DNA of 10,024 nucleotides from Octopus sinensis. Lineage: Eukaryota. The position numbers and the translations under genes are program-made. The notes beneath the pieces were generated by a model. It had not been told where the DNA came from and did not search any database. It was given only the letters and a program-made list of their open reading frames with translations. Below, in pieces: positions 1 to 7,739 of this stretch (position 1 is the first letter of the stretch; each line of letters begins with the position of its first letter). The stretch is from the NCBI RefSeq assembly GCF_006345805.1, contig NW_021827656.1, forward strand, positions 1 through 10,024, read 5' to 3'.

Positions 1-157
1 ATAATGATATTTGGGGGGGACAAAAATGTGTAAACTTTCCTAAGATTCAAAGTATGATGAAGAAAACAAGACGGGCGATCCTTCGGTATATGTCCCGTAA
101 GTACCGGAAGTGGCTTTGTTTACATTTCTGAAGATAACAGAAACCCTTTTCTCCCAC

Positions 158-175
158 CCCTAACCCTAACCCTAA
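158..175 (+). repeat. Interstitial telomere-type repeat (CCCTAA)3 inside the MITE
   Basis: CCCTAACCCTAACCCTAA read directly, followed by a C run and (AT)n. Confidence 0.9.
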
Positions 176-180
176 CCCCC

Positions 181-182
<2 letters not shown>

Positions 183-216
<34 letters not shown>
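183..216. repeat. (AT)n microsatellite
   Basis: Direct reading. Confidence 0.98.
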
Positions 217-221
<5 letters not shown>

Positions 222-1751
222 CACTTTCTTGAAAGGATATCCGGTACTTCCGGGTCATATACCGAAGTTTCGCCAACGAGACGCTTTCTTTTCCAACCTT
301 GCTACCAAATATGAGGTCGACCAAAATTTACTCCGAATTGAAAAGAGAAAGGGAACTCATACATACATGCTTACATACATGCATCATGCATACACACGCG
401 CGTACGCACACAGCAAAACACTTCATTTCACGTTTTTTCGAATCCGCTCAGTTGTAAATGACAAACCTTGTGATGTACCGATATCCCGTCCAAAGGGAAT
501 ATTGTGATCTCGTCCTATATACGATACGGAAACCGGGCAACCGGGTCTATGAGTTCGAGGATTCGATATAGTAATGTCCAGGAGGTTGACGACTATAGGC
601 TTGTAGTAGTAGTATCAATAGGCACCCGGCAACATACGATGGGGTATTCGACTCGATCTTTTTACGCGTAAGTCAACCTTGTTATTTTCAATGTCGCTGA
701 GATATGTACAAGTAACTGAACCTGTGTGAACGTTGCTTTAACTGACTAAAACATTAAAAGACGTGTACCCGAACATAGCTACAGTCGAATCAATCGAAAC
801 CGGAGATGGATGGCAGAATTGTTAAAGCATGAGTCAAAGTACCAACACGAATTCTATCCGTTCATCGTATGATCCGATTACGTTATTTCGCATCTAGGTT
901 AACGTGACCGTTCGCCCTCCTCCGTATTAGTTAAAATAAGTTAATACGGAAGTCTTGTGAGCCAAAACCATAACAGAAAACACTCAAGTCAGCGCTCCAG
1001 TAAAAATAAACACCGAAATGATCTACATGATGTAGCCCATTGTCATATCGGATAGTGGCCACCCAACACCAACCATACATCAATTGTGTTGTTGGTTGAT
1101 ATCAAGTCAGTGGCTACAACTGTAAGTAGCGGCAATAAATCAGCTAAGATCGAGACGTCTGATTCAGTTTGTGACAGAACAAGTCGTAAATATACATAAA
1201 CAAAATATGACCTGCTCTGGTCTTAGAACCAAAATTCTGTTGCCGATTCATAGTTAGGTATCATATGGCAAAGAAAAAAGTTTGTAGATACAGCGGGGAA
1301 AGAGAAGGATGCCTGAAGCCGTCAGGGTTTGTGTGTATGTGTGTTGTGTATTTAGGGTTTTGTAAATTTTTATTGTTTCCTAGTATTGACGTGGAGGATT
1401 TGGGGGTTGGTCGATGGCCTGATGTTCCCTTCATCCCACCACACACTGACACCATCTCTCTATCTAATTTATTTATTGCAACTTCAGTGTTATGGTTTAT
1501 GGTTTAGTCGGAAGAAGGAGCAGAAAGCATCCATGACCTTTTGTTGGAAAGAGAGAGAGAGGAGGAGGACGAGGATGAGGATATGGAAGGAGGAGAAGGG
1601 GAAGTAACCACTTCATGGGTCGATGAAGTGCGTCAATAAAACGCATTATACTCGAACCCGAAACCTGGCCTTAAATGCTTGCAAAAAAGTGGACTCAAAA
1701 GAAACCACAGCGCCAAAAAAGTGGTCCTTAAAAGGATAGAATTCTCTGACA

Positions 1752-1830
1752 AGCTTCCACACAGTTTCCTTCTACTGAGTTCCTGTTGCAGGTCTGTCTG
1801 CTCGGCTTGAGGTTAAGAAAGAATTTGGTA
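1752..1830 (-). mobile_element. Degenerate fragment of a cephalopod tRNA-derived SINE (antisense)
   Basis: AAGCTTCCACACAGTTTCCTTCTACTGAGTTCC...GCTCGGCTTGAGG resembles the recalled antisense Octopus SINE body (AGCTTCCACACAGTTTCCATCTACCAAATTCC...GTCGGCCCGAGG). Recall only, not aligned. Confidence 0.4.
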
Positions 1831-2227
1831 GAACGCTTTGCCAGCATCTGAGCGAAACCGAACCCATATGACACAAAAGCAAATGCACCGTTCGTGTGTC
1901 TCGATAGGAATAAGAAAATTGAAACGTCTTTTTAGTTTTGTATTTTTTTTTCCAGAAATAAACACGGTAGTAAAATGAACATCACCCTATGCTGCACGTA
2001 CCACTATAACCATAGCAACAACGGCATCAATGACAACGAATGCCACAACCAGCACCATTACTACACCACCACCACCACCACCACCGCCCCCGCAAAAGAT
2101 ACTGTAAGAAGAGACACAGTTTCAAATATTGTTTTTCTGAAATATTTTGACATTTCAATCAATAAAGCTTTTTAGAAAAAAACTAATAAGACACCAACAA
2201 GAGAATGGGAAGGGGAAAGGAAGATAT

Positions 2228-2568
2228 GCTAGAAATAGCAGTTAAAGAGAGAACAGAGAGAGAGAGAGAAAGTGATTGGCTTGAGAGGTGTGCATGTAGT
2301 TGGGAGAGAGGCTAGAAATAGCAGCTGAAAGAAGAGAGAGAGAAATGTAATGTGATTGGGTTCTATGCTAGAAATAGCAGTTAGAGAGATCTAAGGGGGA
2401 GATTGACATTGACAGAAAGAGGTGTGTATGTGGCTGGGTGACATGCAAGAAATAGCAGTTAGAGAGAGAGGGGAGAGAGGGAGAGAGAGAGAGGGAGGGA
2501 GAGATTGGAAGATATGAAAGAGATTGTGGGGGAGGGTATGTGGTCGGAAGACCTGCTAGAAATACCAA
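2228..2568 (+). repeat. Irregular array of the motif GCTAGAAATAGCAG separated by GA-rich spacers
   Basis: Copies at 2228-2241, 2311-2324, 2367-2380, 2445-2458 (GCAAGAAATAGCAG) and 2555-2568 (GCTAGAAATACCAA); spacers contain (GA)n, GATTG and GAGGTGTG(C/T)ATGT. Confidence 0.85.
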
Positions 2569-2649
2569 TTAAAAGTTGTGAAAGAATTCAAAAGTGACAA
2601 GACAGAAAAAGGAGTAACTGTGTGCACGCGCAACTATTTGCAAGTATAT

Positions 2650-2651
<2 letters not shown>

Positions 2652-2689
<38 letters not shown>

Positions 2690-2717
2690 AAAGAGAGAGA
2701 GAGTGTGTGTGTGTGTG
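2652..2717. repeat. Compound (GT)n(GA)n(GT)n microsatellite
   Basis: Direct reading; accounts for the CV/HT-repeat ORFs here. Confidence 0.97.
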
Positions 2718-2849
2718 GAAGGTGCATCTGCATGCATATGTAGTCGGTAGACATGCTACGATTATTAATTATCTAAAAGAACTTCCAAAGTAATTAAGAG
2801 TGACTAGAGATACAATATAGAACTCTCACTGGTTTGTTGCGAAGGCAAG

Positions 2850-2904
2850 TGGCCAGGTGGTTAAGGTTGTTCATCCCTTGATCAGAATATTGTGAGCTCG
2901 AAAC
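2850..2904 (+). mobile_element. Degenerate tRNA-derived SINE head with Pol III A/B-box-like motifs
   Basis: A-box-like TGGCCAGGTGG followed by TTAAGG (2850-2866) and a decayed B-box-like GAGCTCGAAAC (2894-2904); no tRNA cloverleaf recoverable. Confidence 0.45.
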
Positions 2905-3012
2905 AAAAGCCAAGAATGACCCTTCTCTTTTTGCCTGTCCTTCTAATTGTTGTTTCTTTTGTCCACCTTTGTGTTGTGTATCTGCCAGAACGTTTTAATG
3001 CCCTCTATTCCG

Positions 3013-3013
<1 letters not shown>

Positions 3014-3049
<36 letters not shown>
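3014..3049. repeat. (TA)n microsatellite
   Basis: Direct reading. Confidence 0.98.
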
Positions 3050-3050
<1 letters not shown>

Positions 3051-3579
3051 GAGTGAGGCACCATACAACCTTAAAGGTTCGTCGATTCCTATCACGACCC
3101 GACGAAACTAAGTTGCATGGGGACGTATGTATGTGTGTCATTATTCAGTTTTATTTCAAGATTTCTTTCCCCTAGAGAAAGAACTGATTTCTAACCTAGA
3201 GCCAGAATCCTTCATTGGAATTTCAACAACATCAACAGGGTATTTTTGCATGAATGTGCATATATGTGCAGTATTTGAAATCAGCGTATGTGCAGATTTG
3301 TATGTTTTTGTTTTACGTATCTATTCTCATGCATATAGTTGCTTGTCTAAACATGCGCATATATACTTAAATGATAAGCTTCTAGAAAGCTTTACAAATA
3401 TTTTAGAGTTTCAGTGATGGTTTAGACCTGTAGTGCTCGAATCAGCATTCTCCTTTCTGGTTTGAGAAGCCTAATTTCTCAAGATTGGTACTTACGTACG
3501 TACGTACATACAATACGCATACATGCGTATATACACACACATGTATGTAGAGTATGTGTATTCACATATACACACACAT

Positions 3580-3583
<4 letters not shown>

Positions 3584-3617
<34 letters not shown>
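3584..3617. repeat. (TA)n microsatellite
   Basis: Direct reading. Confidence 0.98.
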
Positions 3618-3619
<2 letters not shown>

Positions 3620-3621
<2 letters not shown>

Positions 3622-3968
3622 TAATAAATATTAGGGAATAAATCCAAACTTACAGGGAAAAATCAGATTTAGGATTAAATCCAATTTTATAGTATAAATA
3701 TATTATATTATATTATAATAAATTAGAGATAAAACCACTATTAGGCAAATTAAACAATGAAAAACATAAGCCAATACATAAATTAATTTAATTTATATAT
3801 TTTAAAAATATATCAAAAGTATTAAATTTTAATAAGATAAAGAGTAAAACACTACGATAGTTTCATGGCTATACAATTCGAATAACAATAATTTAAATTC
3901 AATTAATAATTCGAGTTATGGTTACAGTCATCTTCAGGTTAATTGAAATATCTAAAAAATAATCAGAA
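3620..3968 (-). mobile_element. AT-rich interspersed repeat between two (TA)n tracts, probably a Penelope-like element terminal (pLTR) remnant
   Basis: Bounded by (TA)n at 3584-3617 and about 3969-3999; carries a hammerhead-like motif on the minus strand. TTAGGGAATAAATCCAAACTTACAGGGAAAAATCAGATTT resembles a recalled abundant Octopus repeat. Confidence 0.5.
3846..3943 (-). ncRNA. Degenerate type I hammerhead-like motif, probably inactive
   Basis: Minus strand: CUGAAGA (3937-3931), helix II UGACUGUA/UAUAGCCA (one mismatch) with a long AU-rich extension, U, GAAA (3864-3861), then CUAUCGUAGUG. Helix I pairs poorly. Confidence 0.45.
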
Positions 3969-4316
3969 ATATATATATATAATATATATATATATATATT
4001 ACAATCTTGGTAAATATCTTTCAAGATAATGTAGTTTGGTATCAAAATACTTAAACCTTGTTTTCCGTTATCGGATTGAAAGATATCTTAAAGATATCAA
4101 ATAACAATATGACAACGATGAATTGTAAATATGTCGTTAGAAATGGTTTTAAGGAATTGGGTAGCTTCACAATCATGCGACATACACATGAAATCCTGCG
4201 ATTTATTTCGCGGTCGACCCGATTTACAAAAAATGACATGCAAATTTTCCCTGAATTACCCAAACACTTTAGATAAAGGGGTGCCCAACGGGTATTAAGC
4301 ATCGTTTCTCTTGTTT

Positions 4317-4350
4317 GCCCCGCATGGCCACAACCTGATGACTGAAACAC
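4317..4350 (+). mobile_element. SINE 3' tail remnant
   Basis: GCCCCGCATGGCCACAACCTGATGACTGAAAC resembles the recalled Octopus SINE end GCTCCAGCATGGCCGCAGTCAAATGACTGAAAC. Confidence 0.4.
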
Positions 4351-4669
4351 ATACACCAAACTAGCTTCAACCTTTTATCTTTTGTTTATCAATGGTAGAA
4401 ATTTAAAATTATGAATTAGAACAACTTGTTTAAAAATTTCAATGTTTTGCAAGTTTCAATAAAATCAAATATGATTTAAATGTTCATAACATTCAGTAAT
4501 ACAAAAATCTGGGTCATCGTGTTTAAATGCACAAAATTCAATAGTGTTAGAAGTGATCGATAAGAACGTGGATCATCAAATGTTCGTCATGAACATTTAA
4601 ATCTTATTTGATTTTACTGAAAATTGTAAACATTTAAACTTTTAACATGTTTTCCTAATTCATAATTTT

Positions 4670-4709
4670 TACCATTGATAAACAAAATATTGTTGAAACT
4701 AGTTTGGTA
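4670..4709 (+). ncRNA. Candidate minimal type I hammerhead with variant core UUGAUAA (U3:A8), copy 1
   Basis: TACCA-TTGATAA-ACAA-AATA-TTGT-T-GAAA-CTAG-TT-TGGTA: 5-bp helix I, 4-bp helix II, GAAA, palindromic ACUAGU helix III, GUU cleavage triplet (cut after 4704). Confidence 0.5.
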
Positions 4710-4853
4710 TATATGTAAAGAAATTTATTTGAAATAATTACGGGTTCTTCAAATTTAGGTTCGTTTTCAACCACAAATTTCTAATATATTTTCCTGCATG
4801 GAAATACACCTCGTCTTTTGTTTTATACATACATACATACATACATACATACA

Positions 4854-4887
<34 letters not shown>

Positions 4888-5056
4888 CATATATACATAC
4901 ACACACACACACACACATACACACACACACACACAAGTGATCGATAAGAAACGTGGATCATCAAATGTTCGGTCATGAACATTTAAATCTTATTTGATTT
5001 TACTGAAAATTGTAAACATTTAAACTTTTAAACATGTTTTCCTAATTCATAATTTT

Positions 5057-5098
5057 TACCATTGATAAACAAAAAATATTGTTGAAACTAGTTTGGTA
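5057..5098 (+). ncRNA. Candidate minimal type I hammerhead with variant core UUGAUAA (U3:A8), copy 2
   Basis: Same motif with two extra A in the helix II loop; cut predicted after 5093, 389 nt from copy 1. Confidence 0.5.
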
Positions 5099-5242
5099 TA
5101 TATGTAAATAAATTTATTTGAAATAATTACGGGTTCTTCAAATTTAGGTTCGTTTTCAACCACAAATTTCTAATATATTTTCCTGCATGGAAATACACCT
5201 CGTCTTTTGTTTTATACATACATACATACATACATACATACA

Positions 5243-5276
<34 letters not shown>

Positions 5277-5306
5277 CATACACACACACACACACATACA
5301 CACACA

Positions 5307-5353
<47 letters not shown>

Positions 5354-5483
5354 TAATTTTTGCCTCTTTTTATGGAGACAAAGGGGTTTATAAAACTGGA
5401 AAAAAAGTGCTCAAATGTAAAAGAAACAGATATAAAAAATGCATTGATCAGAGATCAAACAGGAGAACCGCTTTACGAAGGCA

Positions 5484-6010
5484 AAATACTTCTGCCAAAA
5501 TCAGTAGTACAACACTGAGAACAATAGGTGACTTGCCTAAAATCAATGTGATGATATTCCACACATAAAAACCAAGTTCCTCCAAACTGTGAAGGGCTTT
5601 GGGTATGTCTTCAGTGAGGGTGGCGTCATGCCGTCCTGCATCTTTGAATAGGGCCTTCAGAAATTGTGTAAAGCTGCTGGAGACTATTGTCAAACAAAAG
5701 GATTGCTGGTGGAGGAAGACCATATGTGTGGCAGCAAAATTCCCCTCAAAAGTGTCAGTAGTTGTAGGAAAATTTTCTACGATTCCACCAGCCCCAATTT
5801 CAGGCGCTCTAATTCTTCCGGTTGTAATCCAAAGGATTACTATGTGTGAGGCACGGTTGAGAAACATCAATCGCTCTTCCTGAAATACTACGGCAGAGCA
5901 AGTAACCAACATACAGGACGAGTTCGAAAACCTTCACAGTGAAGAATGCAAGCACCAGGTTCTGGAGTCCTCTTGAAGCTGTGGTGGGAGCTGAAGGAAA
6001 ATACTCTGTG
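5484..6010 (+). pseudogene. Decayed Tc1/mariner-superfamily transposase, catalytic-domain half (maT/DD37D-like)
   Basis: Across frameshifts the plus strand reads KYFCQNQ*YNTENNR*LA...KTKFLQTVKGFGYVFSEGGVMPSCIFE*GL, KLLETIVK, GRPYVWQQNS, FYDSTSPNFRRSNSSGCNPKDYYV*GTVEK and TRFWSPLEAVVGAEGKY. These match mariner/maT motifs (VWQQD, WPPNSPDCNPMDYYVWG, RLEAVV.A.GGY). Multiple stops and frameshifts; the second catalytic D reads N. Confidence 0.88.
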
Positions 6011-6099
6011 AGCACTTCTATCCCAGCCATAATCTAGTTAATATTTTTTGATTTCTTTAAAAAGATGCATTTGGTTTTGGATGAAATATTGTTTTATTT

Positions 6100-6141
6100 T
6101 CCTTTTATGCAAACTTGTCAAATTTATCCTGAACATCCTAC
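6100..6141 (+). mobile_element. Probable degenerate right end (TIR) of the mariner-like element
   Basis: AAACTTGTCAAATTTATCCTGAACATCCTAC resembles the ...GAACACCCTG|TA type end, about 130 nt after the transposase end; no matching left TIR found in the window. Confidence 0.3.
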
Positions 6142-6363
6142 TTAATAAGTAAATATACCCACACATATTATGAATTGCTTCTAGTTTTGTTGTTTTAATT
6201 ATTCTCATATTTGAAGTTGTAAAATATAACTTCAATAATTTCTTCTCTTTAACTGCATGAAGAGGACATTCCAGCAGATCGTGAAGAAGGTATACAGAAT
6301 ATTTTATGTTGAGTTTTTCATTATTTAGTTGCATATTATGGACCATTTTCCCCCTGATCCCCT

Positions 6364-6388
<25 letters not shown>
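6364..6388. repeat. (TA)n microsatellite flanking the ribozyme array
   Basis: Direct reading. Confidence 0.97.
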
Positions 6389-6394
<6 letters not shown>

Positions 6395-6618
6395 TCAATA
6401 TAGGGTGCCAAAAAAAAAAATTTTGTAGAATTTTTTTGCCACCAGCGGCCTAGTGGGAAAAAATTAAATAGTCATAGACCATTTTTAAGTTCAACATCAA
6501 CAATCAAGGAACGGCCATAATAGGCCATTCACCCACTAGAAATAACAGCCAAAGCTTCAACCGCAAATAAAAGTCATTCCCGTAAACAGGAGAAAATTTA
6601 AAAAACATTTACCCTGTA

Positions 6619-6725
6619 ATTTCTTATACGGTGCACCGTTTCGTCTGCTGTTTAATGGTAAACTAACCTGATTAAATTAAATCAAGCCAATCTTCCATAG
6701 GCCCTCAGATTCTTCAGTAAGAAAT
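6619..6725 (-). ncRNA. Type I hammerhead ribozyme, copy 1 (intact core)
   Basis: Minus strand: AUUUCUUA-CUGAAGA (6717-6711)-68-nt helix II region-GAAA (6642-6639)-CGGUGCACCG-UA-UAAGAAAU. 8-bp helix I, palindromic helix III, GUA cleavage triplet with the cut between 6627 and 6626. First helix II pair is A.C rather than G-C. Confidence 0.85.
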
Positions 6726-7111
6726 AGCCACAAGTCGGAACAGATATTTACACGAGGCATTCCGACCCTGCCAAGTTAATATCTGACCTAAAATTTTCAA
6801 ATCATCGCACTCGCGCCAAATTATCGGCAGCAAATAAATATAAGCCGTCGATTCCATTACGGAATTAACCAGAAAATTCATAATTAATCAATATAGGGTG
6901 CCAAAAAAAAAAAAAATTTTGTAGAATTTTTTTGCCACCAGCGGCCTAGTGGAAAAAATTAAATAGTCATAGACCATTTTTAAGTTCAACATCAACAATC
7001 AAGGAACGGCCATAATAGGCCATTCACCCACTAGAAATAACAGCCAAGCTTCAACCGCAAATAAAAGTCAATTCCGTAAACAGGAGAAAATTAAAAAACA
7101 TTTACCCTGTA

Positions 7112-7217
7112 ATTTCTTATACGGTGCACCGTTTCGTCTGCTGTTTAATGGTAAACTAACCTGATTAAATTAAATCAAGCCAATCTTCCATAGGCCCTCA
7201 GATTCTTCATAAGAAAT
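7112..7217 (-). ncRNA. Type I hammerhead, copy 2 (core C3 missing as assembled)
   Basis: Identical to copy 1 except the plus strand reads TTCTTCATAAG instead of TTCTTCAGTAAG; predicted cut site at 7120/7119. Confidence 0.7.
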
Positions 7218-7739
7218 AGCCACAAGTCGGAACAGATATTTACACGAGGCATTTCCGACCCTGCCAAGTTAATATCTGACCTAAAATTTTCAAATCATCG
7301 CACTCGCGCCAAATTTATCGGCAGCAAATAAATATAAGCCGTCGATTCCATTACGGAATTAACCAGAAAATTCATAATTAATCAATATAGGGTGCCAAAA
7401 AAAAAAAAAATTTTGTAGAATTTTTTTGCCACCAGCGGCCTAGTGGGAAAAAATTAAATAGTCATAGACCATTTTTAAGTTCACAACACAATCAACATCA
7501 AGAACGGCCATAATAGGCCATTCACCCACTAGAAATAACAGCCAAAGCTTCAAACCGCAATAAAAGTCAATTCCGTAAACAGAGAAAATTTAAAAAACTT
7601 AAAGAAAATTTAAAGAAATACAGGGTAAATGTTTTTTAAATTTTCTCCTGTTTACGGAATTGACTTTTATTTGCGGTTGAAGCTTTGGCTGTTATTTCTA
7701 GTGGGTGAATGGCCTATTATGGCCGTTCCTTGATTGTTG

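Larger units (their letters stand above)
74..274. mobile_element. Non-autonomous DNA transposon (MITE), Mutator/MULE-like, with 35-bp TIRs and a 9-bp target-site duplication
   Basis: 74-108 GGCGATCCTTCGGTATATGTCCCGTAAGTACCGGA is the near reverse complement of 240-274 TCCGGTACTTCCGGGTCATATACCGAAGTTTCGCC (4 mismatches). Flanks 65-73 AACAAGACG and 275-283 AACGAGACG match at 8/9. G-starting TIRs with a 9-bp TSD are typical of MULEs. Confidence 0.8.
4551..5350 (+). repeat. Direct tandem duplication of a 384-389-nt unit ending in (TACA)n/(CA)n
   Basis: AAGTGATCGATAAGAA starts at 4551 and 4935. Outside the terminal microsatellite tract the copies differ by homopolymer-type indels (+1,+1,+1,+2) and one substitution (AAAGAAA vs AAATAAA). 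Confidence 0.95.

Noticed and set aside
128-144. CTGAAGATAACAGAAAC as a hammerhead
   Set aside because: Only 5 nt between core and GAAA with no helix II; it is better read as a TTTCTG/CAGAAA hairpin inside the MITE.
158-175. True chromosome end
   Set aside because: Only three units, enclosed within a MITE with flanking DNA on both sides.
508-1260. Stop-codon-reassigned gene or cadherin/Ig pseudogene
   Set aside because: Stop density in the best-looking frame is about what random sequence gives, and the motif-like peptides are short, on different strands and lack diagnostic residues.
2228-2568. CRISPR-like repeat-spacer array
   Set aside because: Repeat is only 14 nt, spacers are 42-96 nt, low-complexity and similar to each other, the context is eukaryotic, and no cas genes are present.
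4337-4350. CTGATGACTGAAAC as a hammerhead
   Set aside because: Two bases between CUGAUGA and GAAA, no helix II; fits a SINE tail.
4051-4359. GIY-YIG or other protein in ORFs 4051-4359 and 4058-4276
   Set aside because: No recognisable catalytic motif, and the minus ORF starts within a SINE tail remnant.
4738-5393. ORFs with CV/YVCM/HT repeats
   Set aside because: Translations of (TACA)n and (CA)n microsatellites.
5608-5614. TCTTCAG (minus-strand CUGAAGA)
   Set aside because: Lies within transposase coding remnant, with no supporting helices.
6401-6618. Tc1/mariner MITE bounded by TAGGGTG and ACCCTGTA
   Set aside because: Inverted match is only 5-6 bp, and the right 'end' is continuous with helix I of the hammerhead unit.
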